Shown: in pieces, positions 50,852 to 60,623 of the stretch
Numbering within the stretch: the first letter of the stretch is position 1
How the letters are laid out: each line of letters opens with the position of its first letter
Assembly (NCBI GenBank): GCA_964587005.1
Contig: CAZPJW010000003.1
Span: 6,392-70,391 of the forward strand
Length of the DNA: 64,000 bases
Reading direction: 5' to 3'
From: Candidatus Woesearchaeota archaeon
Lineage (GTDB): Archaea; Nanobdellota; Nanobdellia; SCGC-AAA011-G17; PNOQ01
Notes under the pieces: model-generated
Told to the model about the DNA's origin: nothing
Databases searched by the model: none
The model's input: the letters and a program-made list of their open reading frames with translations, nothing else
Translations under genes and position numbers: made by a program

Positions 50852-51994
50852 ATGAATGTTGAGAAAATAAGAGGGGATTTTTCTGTTTTGAAAAAAGACA
50901 TTATTTACTTTGATAGTGCTTGTATGTCTTTGAAACCTAAATCGGTAGTTAATAAGATTCTTGAATACTATAAAGATTATCCCTCTTGTGCTGGGAGAAG
51001 CGTTCATAAATTTGGGATTAAGTTAGATGAAGAGATTAATTCTTCTAGAAAATCTATTCAAAAATTTATTGGAGCTAAAAAGTCTAATGAAGTGATATTT
51101 TCTAAGAATACTACCGAAAGTATTAATTTGATTGCTAATTCGTTTAAATTTGATAAAGTTTTAGTTAGTGATAGGGAACATAATTCTAATTTATTACCTT
51201 GGCAAAAATTTAAGTATGGTGTTTTGAAGAGTAAAAATGATTTTATGTTTGATTTGGAAAAATTTTCCGAAGCCGTAAAAAATTATGATTTCGTCTCATT
51301 TGTTCATACTTCAAATTTTGATGGGTATACTTTGCCCATTAAGGAAATTATTAAAATTGCTCATGATAATAAAACTAAAGTTCATTTGGATGCTGCTCAA
51401 GCTGTGCCGCATAAGGAAGTTAATGTTAAGAAGTTGGGAGTTGATTTTTTGACTTTTTCTGGACATAAAATGCTTGGGCCTACTGGTACTGGTGTTTTGT
51501 ATGCTAATGAAAATATTTTGGAAGATATGAAACCGTTTTTAGTTGGTGGAGAAACTGTTATTGATTCTAGTTATGATGGCCACGTTTTAGAAGAATTGCC
51601 AAATCGATTTGAAGCAGGTTTGCAAAATTATGCTGGGATTTTAGGTTTGGGTGAAGCTGCTAAATATTTGAAAAAAATTGGAATGTCTGATATTGAAGAT
51701 CATGAGAAAAAATTAGTTAAAGAAATAAGTTTAGCTGGTGTTGAGCAAGTTGGTTTTAAGGGCGAAAGAGGAATTTTTAATTTTAATATTCCAAAAATTG
51801 ATCACCATGAAGTTGCTGGAATTTTGAGTTCAAGCAAAAATATTATGTTGAGAAGTGGTATGCATTGCGCGCATTCTTGGTATAATGCTCATAATTTGAA
51901 AGGAAGTGTTCGTGCTAGTTTTTATTTATATAATAATTTAGATGAAGTTAAAATTTTTAATGAAGAATTAGAGAAATTAATGAAGTTGAGTTAG
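50852..51994 (+). CDS. Cysteine desulfurase (class V aminotransferase, SufS/CsdA-like)
   Basis: PLP-lysine motif FLTFSGHKMLGPTGTG and active-site Cys region RSGMHCAHSW. Confidence 0.85.
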   Translation: MNVEKIRGDFSVLKKDIIYFDSACMSLKPKSVVNKILEYYKDYPSCAGRSVHKFGIKLDEEINSSRKSIQKFIGAKKSNEVIFSKNTTESINLIANSFKFDKVLVSDREHNSNLLPWQKFKYGVLKSKNDFMFDLEKFSEAVKNYDFVSFVHTSNFDGYTLPIKEIIKIAHDNKTKVHLDAAQAVPHKEVNVKKLGVDFLTFSGHKMLGPTGTGVLYANENILEDMKPFLVGGETVIDSSYDGHVLEELPNRFEAGLQNYAGILGLGEAAKYLKKIGMSDIEDHEKKLVKEISLAGVEQVGFKGERGIFNFNIPKIDHHEVAGILSSSKNIMLRSGMHCAHSWYNAHNLKGSVRASFYLYNNLDEVKIFNEELEKLMKLS

Positions 51995-53034
51995 GGGACT
52001 AGCAAAGCTTCTAAATTGTTTACTAGGTTACTTCCTTCTTTTAAGATTATAAATTCGCACCCCAAATGTTCTGTTATTTCTTTTTGTCTTTGTTCGTCTT
52101 TTTCTTTTCTTTTATTATGTGCTTTTTCATAGAATTCTATAACTATGTTTTTTTCTGGGTCATAGCCATCTACCCAGTACCCTAGTTCTGGGATGTGACA
52201 TTCTCCATTCTCTCCCCTGATTATTAATTCGGTTTTGACTTCTTTTTTACTAGGTGTTTCGGCGTGAATGAAATTATAGCCATTTAATATTCCATATAGT
52301 TCAATAATTTCACAAGCATTCTGGTTATAATTTGGGCTTGCTTTTCCATTTTTTCTTTTTATGTCTTCGATTCTGTTTAACCTGCCTAATCTTGACATCA
52401 TTTTTTTGAATTTTGGATCTTCCCATCTTTTCAATAAACTTTCTTTCATTAATTTTCTATGTTTAGGATCTTCCCATAGATTTTTAGATTGCTGCGATAC
52501 TTTTTCTCTGTTTTCTGGGGTTTGTGCTCTTTCCCTGCTTTTTTCTTCCATCATTTTTCTATAATTCGGATCTTCCCATAGTTCTCTGGCTACTTGTACC
52601 ATCATCCCTTTATACAGGGGGTTTTCCCATCTTTCCCTCATTCTATCTTTAGCTCTTTCTCTATGTTCTGGATTTTCCCACCGGCTAGTTAGTTGTTCTA
52701 ATCTTTCTGACCTATACTCTGGGTCTTCCCATCTTTCCCTCATTCTATCTTTAGCTCTTTCTCTGTGTTCTGGATTTTCCCAAGTTCTCTTTGATACTTG
52801 AGACATTATTTTATCTCCCCTGTATATCCTATCTTCTTTTTCTAATAACCCCAATGCTTTCATGACTTGAGATTTACTGATATTATATTTTTCTATTAAT
52901 TCGGGGGTTGTGGTAAATCGACTTATTTTGCTTAGCCGGTGTAAATCAATTTCCTCACTTACTCTTGTTAGAATTTCTTCTCTTATTTTTGCATACTCTG
53001 CATTTGATAATTTTCTTTGAGTCATTTCCCCCAA
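51991..53034 (-). CDS. Putative site-specific/homing-type endonuclease: HTH plus NUMOD3-like repeats plus a C-terminal PD-(D/E)xK (DUF559/Vsr-like) domain
   Basis: Six or seven tandem ~20-aa repeats W(E/D)(D/N)P(E/K)(H/Y)R...; the C-terminal GYWVDGYDPEKNIVIEFYEKAHN...LGCEFIILKE matches the DUF559/Vsr-like restriction-endonuclease fold pattern. Confidence 0.45.
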   Translation of the reverse strand: MGEMTQRKLSNAEYAKIREEILTRVSEEIDLHRLSKISRFTTTPELIEKYNISKSQVMKALGLLEKEDRIYRGDKIMSQVSKRTWENPEHRERAKDRMRERWEDPEYRSERLEQLTSRWENPEHRERAKDRMRERWENPLYKGMMVQVARELWEDPNYRKMMEEKSRERAQTPENREKVSQQSKNLWEDPKHRKLMKESLLKRWEDPKFKKMMSRLGRLNRIEDIKRKNGKASPNYNQNACEIIELYGILNGYNFIHAETPSKKEVKTELIIRGENGECHIPELGYWVDGYDPEKNIVIEFYEKAHNKRKEKDEQRQKEITEHLGCEFIILKEGSNLVNNLEALLVP

Positions 53035-53990
53035 TCATAATCCCTAACTTTTTCAGTTGCAAAGAAAGTGGCATCATGTCCTCTATTTTGAACTAGGCTC
53101 CAAAGTAAAATTTCTTTTTCTGCTTTTGTTAGTTTTCTGGGTTTGGTTTCGTCTTTACCTTGTATTAAACAATTTTCAGATAACTTTCTATAGAAGTCTA
53201 CTGTGTCTTGAGTGGGAATTGCGAACTGACTCATTTCTAATGGTCTAATATTTTTTTCTTTTAACCAATAATGATCAATTATAGCTAAATAGGCTGCTGC
53301 TTCATGAGCACAGAAATTAAAAACTCTTGAACTCTCTTTATCATCTTTGAATCTATATCTTATGTCAAATCTTTTTCTATCACAAGTATGATCTGTTGCA
53401 ACGTTATGTGCTATTCCCCACTTTTCTTTAGAATCAACTACGGGAACTGAAGAAAATTTGAATCTATGTCTAGGTTGTTTTTGTGTTCTTGATGGTACAC
53501 TTACAATAATTTCTGCCCCTTGTGTTTCTACAGCTGCTGAATCATCGTAGGGTTTTACTTCTATGCCCGTTGCAGGATTTTGGTGCGAATATGCAAATAT
53601 TTTTGCCCCTTCAAGTTCTTCTACCAATGAAAATCTTCTTTTTCTTTGGTCTTTACCTACGAAAGGCATTATTGAATATCCTGGATGAAATGGATTTCTT
53701 ACTCCGTCGAAAGCCATTTCTCTTAGTTGTACTGGAGTTTTTCTGTATCTAATTGCATCTTCTAAACTTTTTCTTCTTGGTAGCATTACTTCTGGACTGT
53801 GTTTTAGAAAATGTCTCCCATTTCTGAAAGATTTTGGTATTAGATTTGCGTGTAAAATTAAGGCTTCATCTTCACATAAATTTTCAATTTCACTTACAAA
53901 ATTTCTAGAAATATCTCTAATTCTATCATAATGTTTTATATCTGCTGCCGTTGGTTCCTGAAAATATGATTTTCTGATAGTTTTGGCCAT
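53022..53990 (-). CDS. Hypothetical protein, start/stop-coupled to the downstream NUMOD/nuclease gene
   Basis: 322 aa, no recognisable motif; 13-nt overlap with the next gene; GC-richer codons. Confidence 0.3.
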   Translation of the reverse strand: MAKTIRKSYFQEPTAADIKHYDRIRDISRNFVSEIENLCEDEALILHANLIPKSFRNGRHFLKHSPEVMLPRRKSLEDAIRYRKTPVQLREMAFDGVRNPFHPGYSIMPFVGKDQRKRRFSLVEELEGAKIFAYSHQNPATGIEVKPYDDSAAVETQGAEIIVSVPSRTQKQPRHRFKFSSVPVVDSKEKWGIAHNVATDHTCDRKRFDIRYRFKDDKESSRVFNFCAHEAAAYLAIIDHYWLKEKNIRPLEMSQFAIPTQDTVDFYRKLSENCLIQGKDETKPRKLTKAEKEILLWSLVQNRGHDATFFATEKVRDYDWGK

Positions 53991-54221
53991 TTTTCATGAT
54001 ATTTCTGAGCTTATTTCTTTTATAAATCTTTCTGTTTGTTACTATGTTTAAGTAATTACTATTCCTTAGAAAGTTTTAAATAGTTCTTTTTCGAAATTTT
54101 GTTTAATGGCAGATAAAATTTTGTATGCGATCTTTGTGGTTATTGGTGCTATTGTTTGGCTACTTTTTTCTTTATGGTTTTTGAAAAGATCTTTTAAGAA
54201 ATATTCTCCATCTGTTCAGAT

Positions 54222-54911
54222 TCAGAAAAAAGTCTGAATTACAAGTAATAACATTGTGGTTGCTGCTAATCCTATTGAAAAAAAGGTTAAGTTTTCTCTC
54301 TTTTCTTCTAGAGGCATTATGTCTCTTGAGACTATATATAATAATGAACCTAATGCATAACCGAAAGCAGCTGCGAATAGTACTTTGTTGAATGAAAAGA
54401 ATGTTCCAACTAATGCTCCCAATACTGCTGATGATCCAAGGACTAATTTTGTTATTGGTGTTTTAGAGGTTTTGTCTATTATTTTTAGTAAAACGGATGA
54501 AGAGACTGTTAGTAGTATAAATGGGAGAAATAATAGTATTGAAACTAATGGCGTTTTAAAAGTTAGAGTTAACATAAATCCTAAAATAAAGTGTTCTATG
54601 AAGAATGCAACTATATGATTATTTCTAAATCTCGCTTTTAGTTCTTTTTTTGTTTTTATGTGTTTGAAATTATATGCTCTTATTGAGTGGAATGCTACAA
54701 AACCCATTAATGGGAATAAAAATAGTAATGGGTCGGTTTCTGTTACTAACTCTGAAAACTTTGGCAACATTTTTATGAAAATTATTGATAATAAAATTCC
54801 TGCTGCTAAACTCATTATTTTTACTATATGTTTTTTTGTGAAGTTTGCGAACACATCACTAATAAAATGGATTATACTTAATACTAATGCAAAATAAATT
54901 CCAAGCTGCAT
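54222..54911 (-). CDS. Integral membrane protein (possibly a ZIP-like metal transporter)
   Basis: Multi-TM with His-containing segments (FHSIRAYNFKH, HIVAFFIEHF); the assignment is weak. Confidence 0.3.
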   Translation of the reverse strand: MQLGIYFALVLSIIHFISDVFANFTKKHIVKIMSLAAGILLSIIFIKMLPKFSELVTETDPLLFLFPLMGFVAFHSIRAYNFKHIKTKKELKARFRNNHIVAFFIEHFILGFMLTLTFKTPLVSILLFLPFILLTVSSSVLLKIIDKTSKTPITKLVLGSSAVLGALVGTFFSFNKVLFAAAFGYALGSLLYIVSRDIMPLEEKRENLTFFSIGLAATTMLLLVIQTFF

Positions 54912-54946
54912 ATGTTAATTTTGGAAAAAATTGTTTATAAATGTTT

Positions 54947-55564
54947 TTATAATTTTTTTAACTCTTCTTTTATTTCTTCGAAAACTTTTTCTGGAGTTCT
55001 GCCCCCATCTATTATTTTTATGTTTTCTTTTTTTGAAGAGCCTTTGTCTAGGTATTTTGCATAGTAAGGCATTTTTAGATATATTTCTCTAAGTTCTTCT
55101 AAGAATTTTAATTTTTCAAATTTTTCTTCTTTGTTGCCTCTTGCCTTTAATCTTTTGAAAGCTGTTTTTGCAGATAAATCTATGATTATAGTTAGGTCTG
55201 GAACTAGAAATTTTTTTGACTGTTTTAGTATTTTTTTTACATCTGTTCCTTGGGCTTGTTGGTATGCAATTGAAGAATAGTAATATCTATCTAAGATTAC
55301 TATGTTTCCTACGTTTAATTGATGTTTTATTAATTTATTATGTTCTTTTCTGTCTTTTCGGTATAATTTTGTAAATAGTTTTGCATTTGATTTTGGGTAG
55401 GTTTGTTCCCTTAAGAGTTTTTTAATTAATTTTCCTGTTTTTAATGTTGAAGGCTCTTTTGAATAAAAGATGGGTTTGAAATCTTTTAAAAAATTTATAG
55501 TGTTGAGTATTTGAGTAGTTTTTCCACAACCATCTATTCCTTCGAATACTATAAATTTTGACAT
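54947..55564 (-). CDS. tmk: Thymidylate kinase
   Basis: P-loop FIVFEGIDGCGKTTQ, DRY motif region (VILDRYYYSS), and lid. Confidence 0.85.
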   Translation of the reverse strand: MSKFIVFEGIDGCGKTTQILNTINFLKDFKPIFYSKEPSTLKTGKLIKKLLREQTYPKSNAKLFTKLYRKDRKEHNKLIKHQLNVGNIVILDRYYYSSIAYQQAQGTDVKKILKQSKKFLVPDLTIIIDLSAKTAFKRLKARGNKEEKFEKLKFLEELREIYLKMPYYAKYLDKGSSKKENIKIIDGGRTPEKVFEEIKEELKKL

Positions 55565-55631
55565 CTGATTTTTGGAGTTCTGATTTGTTTATATAGATAT
55601 ATTTATAAGGAATCTATATTTTTTAGTTGCT

Positions 55632-55919
55632 ATGAAAGAAATTACCAAGGAGAAATTGGAGAAGTATTTTGCTGTTTCTAGTGAAGCTTATGAATTGGCT
55701 AAAAAGAATGTTAATTCGGAGTTTAAGGAAGTTGCTGAAGACTTTTTGGATATGATATCTAGATATTTGAGTGATGCTAAGCATTTTTTTGAGAAAGAGG
55801 ATTATGTGAATGCTTTTGCTGCCCTAAATTATTTACACGGATGGTTGGATGCTGGTGCTAGGGCAAAGATATTTTTGGTTAGTGATTCTAGATTGTTTAC
55901 GGTTGATGATAAAGTTTAA
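55632..55919 (+). CDS. Small conserved archaeal protein (DUF357-like, often tmk-associated)
   Basis: 95 aa helical protein located next to tmk; the motif match is weak. Confidence 0.35.
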   Translation: MKEITKEKLEKYFAVSSEAYELAKKNVNSEFKEVAEDFLDMISRYLSDAKHFFEKEDYVNAFAALNYLHGWLDAGARAKIFLVSDSRLFTVDDKV

Positions 55920-55943
55920 ATAGAGAGTATTTTTGTCTTTTTT

Positions 55944-56573
55944 ATGCCATTTACACCAGAAAAAGTGCAGGAATTGATCAGTAGTTTGGAATATGAAGAT
56001 GTTCCTTGGTCTGTTACTATTAATTCTGCTGAATCAACTTTGCGCAAGGGGTCTGGCAATTGTCTGGAGATTGCATTGGTTGCGGCGCTTTTGATGGAAC
56101 CTCTGGGCTTTCCACCAAAATTGTTAGAGGTTTCTTTGCCAGGTGAATGCCATGCAATGTATTATTATCAGACGTCAGAAGGGTATTCCGTAATGGAAAG
56201 AAATGAAGATTTTGCCTTAAATGGGAAATCTTTCAAGGATTTTAGATTTCTTTTATATTGTTATGAACTTGCTAGAAGAGAAAGACCCCATCATATGGAA
56301 GGATATAAAAAACAAGATGAAGAAGATGTTGCTAGGGTCGGGAGTTTTGCTGTGGGGTGGCATTTAGATCCAAAGCCTGTTGATTTGTTAGAATATGATC
56401 GGCGTCATCCCGAAAAAGATTGGAGAAGAGCAAAAGATGAACTTTATGAGGGGTATTTTCATAGGAATTGTTTAATGGCGCCCGCCAGGAAAAAGGATGC
56501 CTATCTGTTTTCTCCGCCCCCCTTTATTATTTGGCCAAGTATTGAGGCTTTGATTGACGGAGGGAAAGTTTAA
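55944..56573 (+). CDS. Transglutaminase-like/papain-fold cysteine protease-like protein
   Basis: GSGNCLEIALVAALL (Cys nucleophile context), downstream CHAM His and Asp candidates; GC-richer than the flanks. Confidence 0.45.
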   Translation: MPFTPEKVQELISSLEYEDVPWSVTINSAESTLRKGSGNCLEIALVAALLMEPLGFPPKLLEVSLPGECHAMYYYQTSEGYSVMERNEDFALNGKSFKDFRFLLYCYELARRERPHHMEGYKKQDEEDVARVGSFAVGWHLDPKPVDLLEYDRRHPEKDWRRAKDELYEGYFHRNCLMAPARKKDAYLFSPPPFIIWPSIEALIDGGKV

Positions 56574-56599
56574 ATAGAGAAGTTTCTAAAATTAAGTTA

Positions 56600-57274
56600 A
56601 TGAAAAAAATTGTGATATCTTTAGGTGGAAGCGTTATTATACCCAATGAAATTGATTATAATTATTTGAAGAAATTTAAAAGAATGATTAATGGCGTTTC
56701 TAAGAAAAATAAAATTGTTATTGTTTGTGGTGGTGGAAAGACAGCTAGGAAATATATTGGTCCTTTGATGAAAGAAAAAGCTGGGAGTACTGCTTATGCT
56801 TTGATTGGTATTGCTGCTACAAGAATTAACGCTAGGCTAGTTAGAGGTTTTTTTGGAATTACAAAAAGAGTTCCTGAGAGTGTTAAAGATGTTAAAAATG
56901 ATTTGAAAAAAAGTAATTTAGTTATTTGTGGTGCTTTGGGAATGAGAAAAGGAATGACTTCAGATGGTAATGCTGTTGAAATTGCTAGCGAGATAAAAGC
57001 GGATTTTTTTGTTAATATTACTGATGTTTTAGGATTGTATAATAAAGATCCGAAATTGAAAGGCGCTAAGTTGATTGAAGAGATTGATTATAAAGATTTT
57101 TTGAAAATGGTTAATAAAATTAAATTTAAGGCTGGGCAACATTTTATTTTAGATCAGGCTTCTGCCAAGTTAATTAAGAAGAATAAAGTTAAAACTTTGA
57201 TTGTTAGTAAAAACTTAAAGAATTTGAAGAAGGTTTTACGAGGAAAGAAGTTTAAAGGAACTGTTATAGGATGA
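56600..57274 (+). CDS. pyrH: Uridylate (UMP) kinase, archaeal type
   Basis: Amino-acid-kinase fold: IVISLGGSVI, IVIVCGGG, ICGALG. Confidence 0.8.
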   Translation: MKKIVISLGGSVIIPNEIDYNYLKKFKRMINGVSKKNKIVIVCGGGKTARKYIGPLMKEKAGSTAYALIGIAATRINARLVRGFFGITKRVPESVKDVKNDLKKSNLVICGALGMRKGMTSDGNAVEIASEIKADFFVNITDVLGLYNKDPKLKGAKLIEEIDYKDFLKMVNKIKFKAGQHFILDQASAKLIKKNKVKTLIVSKNLKNLKKVLRGKKFKGTVIG

Positions 57275-57756
57275 AAGTTATTTGTGTCTCTGGTTCTGTT
57301 GGTTCGGGTAAAACTACACTAAGCAAAAAATTAGCTAGATCTTTAAAATTTGAATATGTTGATGTTACTAAAGAAATTAAAAAAAATAAATTATCTTCTG
57401 GTTATGATGAAAAAAAGAAATGTGAAATTGTTGACGAAAAAAAATTAATTAAGTTTTTAGTTGAGAAAATAAAGGAATCTAAGAATTTGGTTATTGATTC
57501 TATTTTTAGTCATTTAATTCCAAAGAAATATATTGATTTGTGTATTGTTACAACTTGTGAGATTGATGTTTTAAGAGATAGATTAAAGAAAAGAAAATAT
57601 TCTCCTGAAAAGATTAAGGAAAATGTTGAAGTTGAAATTTTTGATAGCTTTGTTATTGAAGCTAAAGAGAAAAAACATGAATTATTGATTGTTAATACTA
57701 CTGAAGGTTATAAAATAAAAGAAATAATTGAGTTTGTTAAAAAAGAAATTTTATAA
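57271..57756 (+). CDS. Putative adenylate kinase (Fap7/AK6-like) P-loop NTPase
   Basis: MKVICVSGSVGSGKTT Walker A; 161 aa; start overlaps the pyrH stop (ATGA). Confidence 0.6.
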   Translation: MKVICVSGSVGSGKTTLSKKLARSLKFEYVDVTKEIKKNKLSSGYDEKKKCEIVDEKKLIKFLVEKIKESKNLVIDSIFSHLIPKKYIDLCIVTTCEIDVLRDRLKKRKYSPEKIKENVEVEIFDSFVIEAKEKKHELLIVNTTEGYKIKEIIEFVKKEIL

Positions 57757-57779
57757 ATGTTGAGTGTTTTCCGCTTTTT

Positions 57780-58592
57780 ATGAAATTAGATGTTAATCTT
57801 TTTGAGAGTGTTGATCCAAGGGTATTACAGAGCAGAGTTTTTATGGCACTTGAGAATGCATCAAGGTGGGGCCATGTTGATAAAGAATGGTTAAGTGTTC
57901 TTAAAAGAGATGTTAAACAATATCGATTTTGGCATGTTGTTAATGGGATTGATGATAATAGGGATATGATGGATAAATCTGCCGAGAGTATTTTTGATCA
58001 AGAGGAATTACAGTCCATTTTTGATTTTGTTGTAACTACTGCTGTCTATGGTTCTAATGTTCCTAACAAAATGGTTGTTGCTCCAGGGTTTTTTAGGGGA
58101 CATAGTATTTTGCATGAAAAAATTTCTGTTAATCCTAAGTCTGTTTTTTATGAATCAGTTACTCCAGAATTTGCAAAGAGATTAAATAATGGCAGGTTCT
58201 GGGAAGAATTGCCAGAGTTAATACCAAATATTAACGGTGGGAGGGGATATGGTGCATTGGAAGATGTGCTTGTTCAATATCCTTCTGATCTTGATCCTAA
58301 TTTTGCTGAAACTGGATTGGGATTGTTTGAGAGAAATGGCGGAGCTAAAGGAGGTTTTAGTCTTACTACTACAGGAAGATCACTTTCTGTTCGAGCCATG
58401 GAAAATTATAGAATATTTATAGAGGAAATTGATACTCGTCTTGAAGAGCTAGGTATTCCAAGAGAGAGATTTGCTCCGTTAGTATCGGCATATATGGGAG
58501 CATTAGGTTCTACTGACAGAGATGGAATTCCAGTATTTTCAGATTGGAGAGAAAGAGGAAAATCTACTTTGATTCAAAAATACTCAGAATAA
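57780..58592 (+). CDS. Hypothetical protein
   Basis: 270 aa, no assignable motif; GC-richer. Confidence 0.3.
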   Translation: MKLDVNLFESVDPRVLQSRVFMALENASRWGHVDKEWLSVLKRDVKQYRFWHVVNGIDDNRDMMDKSAESIFDQEELQSIFDFVVTTAVYGSNVPNKMVVAPGFFRGHSILHEKISVNPKSVFYESVTPEFAKRLNNGRFWEELPELIPNINGGRGYGALEDVLVQYPSDLDPNFAETGLGLFERNGGAKGGFSLTTTGRSLSVRAMENYRIFIEEIDTRLEELGIPRERFAPLVSAYMGALGSTDRDGIPVFSDWRERGKSTLIQKYSE

Positions 58593-58599
58593 AAAAGAA

Positions 58600-58914
58600 T
58601 TATTTAATGCAATTACAAGGTTTGTAACCTTTGTTCAAAGCAGAGTTTTTTGTTTTGAATGTAACTTTGCTTTTTGGTTTAATATTTTTTGCAAAAGGAC
58701 ATTCTCTTATATGGAATTTCTTTCCTTCTTTAGCTGCTACAAAAGTTTTTGTTTTTTTGGTTGTAGTTTTCTTAGTTGGTTTGTTTAATTTTTCGAGTTT
58801 TTCTACTATTACTCTTTGATTTCTAGACAACTCTATAACTTTGTTTTGTAGTTGAATAATATCGCTTTTTGCTAAACCAAATGATTTTAGTATGTTTTTT
58901 TCTATAGATTTCAT
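58600..58914 (-). CDS. Small basic protein with a C-terminal H/C zinc-binding-like motif
   Basis: N-terminal coiled coil; C-terminal HIRECPF...YKPCNC. Confidence 0.25.
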   Translation of the reverse strand: MKSIEKNILKSFGLAKSDIIQLQNKVIELSRNQRVIVEKLEKLNKPTKKTTTKKTKTFVAAKEGKKFHIRECPFAKNIKPKSKVTFKTKNSALNKGYKPCNCIK

Positions 58915-59001
58915 TTTGATTACCTAAAAGTAGTAATTTGGAGGTATTTTTAAGTGTTTCGAATTGGATAATTTTATAAGTATTTATGATAGTTTAGCAC
59001 T

Positions 59002-59496
59002 ATGTTAACTTTAAAGCAAAATAAGGACTTTGAAGAAAAATTGGGAATAAAGACAGAATTAGTTAGAATTATTGATGTTCCTTTGGATAAATTAAGAAAT
59101 GAGATTCAAAAAGAGAAAGGAAAAGTAATTATTCAAGGAGGTGATGAAAAAACAAATAGGGCAGTAGTAGAGAATAAGAAAGTTGACATTTTACTAAGTC
59201 CGGAAGTGAATAAGAAGAAAGATCATTTACATTATAGAAAATCAGGGTTAAATCAAGTTTTGTGTAAATTGGCTAGAGAAAATAAAGTTGCTATTGGTTT
59301 TGATTTTTCTTTATTGTTAAATTCTAAAGAAAGAAGTAAAATTCTGGGAAGAATGATGTTTAATTATAAATTATGTAAAAAATATAAAGTAAAAATGGTT
59401 TTTTCTTGCTTTTCTAAAGATAAATTTGAATTAAGAAGTGAAGATTCTATGAAAGTTTTTGAAAGAATTTTGGAAAAATACGCGAAAGATTTATAA
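59002..59496 (+). CDS. rnp3: RNase P protein component 3 (Rpp30-like), shortened
   Basis: SGLNQVLCKLARENKVAIGFDFSLLL...LCKKYKVKMVFSCFSKDKFELRSEDSM matches Rpp30 conserved blocks; position in the exosome/RNase P superoperon. Confidence 0.55.
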   Translation: MLTLKQNKDFEEKLGIKTELVRIIDVPLDKLRNEIQKEKGKVIIQGGDEKTNRAVVENKKVDILLSPEVNKKKDHLHYRKSGLNQVLCKLARENKVAIGFDFSLLLNSKERSKILGRMMFNYKLCKKYKVKMVFSCFSKDKFELRSEDSMKVFERILEKYAKDL

Positions 59497-59524
59497 ATAT
59501 GTTTTGTTATTTTAGTATTTCTTA

Positions 59525-60046
59525 GTGAAAATGGATGAAGAAGTAAAAGTTAATTTTTCGCGGCCTATGATGGTTTTGAAAATAAGGGAGACCTATAAAG
59601 CACCGTATCATAAGAATAAATATGTTACAGTGAAACCAATACATTTGGAGAATATTTTTGTTTTTAAGAAACATGTACAGCAATATACTGGGAATTGGAG
59701 CTCGGGTAGTTATGATTTACAATATATCTTGAAGGAAGGAACCTATATGCAGACTGCGATTTATGCTACCTTTTGTAGGATTGAGGTTAGAGATGGGAAA
59801 ATTTCTACGATTTTGAAGAATTCTCCGTATTCTAAGAAGCCATATCCGTGTTGGCAGTACATTGGGAAGGTTAAGAGGAAGAAGAAAGTAGTTAAGAAGA
59901 AGGGTGTTAAGGCTAAACCCAAGAAAAAAGTAGCAAAGAAGAAGGTTGTCAAGAAAAAGATAGTGAAGAAGAAGCCAGTTAAGAAACCAGTGAAAAAGAA
60001 AACTGTTAAAAAAGTTAAGAAAGTAGTGAAAAAGAAGAAAAAATGA
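59525..60046 (+). CDS. Hypothetical protein with a ~60-aa poly-Lys/Val histone-H1-like C-terminal tail
   Basis: Globular N-terminal ~115 aa with no assignable motif, then (K3-4 V/P/A)n repeats. Confidence 0.35.
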   Translation: MKMDEEVKVNFSRPMMVLKIRETYKAPYHKNKYVTVKPIHLENIFVFKKHVQQYTGNWSSGSYDLQYILKEGTYMQTAIYATFCRIEVRDGKISTILKNSPYSKKPYPCWQYIGKVKRKKKVVKKKGVKAKPKKKVAKKKVVKKKIVKKKPVKKPVKKKTVKKVKKVVKKKKK

Positions 60047-60201
60047 AAGGAAAATTTCCAGTATTTTGGGTGGTTATCTTGGTTTTCGGAGTTGTTTGGT
60101 TATTGAATGAGTTGTCTTTGATTCAGTTAGAATTACCGTGGTTTCCAGTTGTTTTGATAATTATTGCTATTGGCGCTATTTTTAATAGGTTTAATGATTA
60201 G
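60043..60201 (+). CDS. Small two-TM membrane protein (52 aa), not in the ORF track
   Basis: The ATG overlaps the preceding stop (ATGA); translation is MKGKFPVFWVVILVFGVVWLLNELSLIQLELPWFPVVLIIIAIGAIFNRFND. Confidence 0.3.
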   Translation: MKGKFPVFWVVILVFGVVWLLNELSLIQLELPWFPVVLIIIAIGAIFNRFND

Positions 60202-60282
60202 AAACATTTATAAATAACTTTTTTCTACTAATTCTGTCGTGAAAATAGAGAAGTGTTTTATCATTTACTTCTCGGTTATAAG

Positions 60283-60621
60283 ATGAAACCGATATTACCA
60301 AGCTTGAAAGAAAAGAAACGTTACGTCGTTTTTGAAGTTCTTTCAGACAAGAAAGTTTCTCAAAAAGAAATTGAGGAAGGAGTCCAAAGCAATGTGGCTA
60401 AATTTCTTGGTGAACTTGGAATTGCAAGGTCTGGTTTTGTCTTAATGAATGACACAATAAAAGGAAAAAAAGGAATAATAAGAACAAACGTAAAATATCA
60501 AGACGAAATAAAAATGGCATTGTCTTTAATAAAGAATATCGGAAAGGAAAAAGTAATAGTTAATGTTACTGGAGTTTCAGGTATTTTGAAAAAAGCAAAA
60601 GGGAAATTTTTGGAGGTGTAA
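60283..60621 (+). CDS. rnp2: RNase P protein component 2 (Pop5/Rpp14-like)
   Basis: LPSLKEKKRYVVFEV...GELGIARSGFVLM...GIIRTNVKYQDEIKMALSLI matches the Pop5 pattern; conserved position upstream of psmA; the ORF track start at 60253 is probably an over-extension. Confidence 0.6.
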   Translation: MKPILPSLKEKKRYVVFEVLSDKKVSQKEIEEGVQSNVAKFLGELGIARSGFVLMNDTIKGKKGIIRTNVKYQDEIKMALSLIKNIGKEKVIVNVTGVSGILKKAKGKFLEV

Positions 60622-60623
60622 AA

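Noticed and set aside
54222-54911. Assignment of the 229-aa membrane protein as a ZIP zinc transporter
   Set aside because: Only loose His-containing segments are present and the canonical HNxPEG/HSxxxG motifs are not. It is kept as a generic membrane protein.
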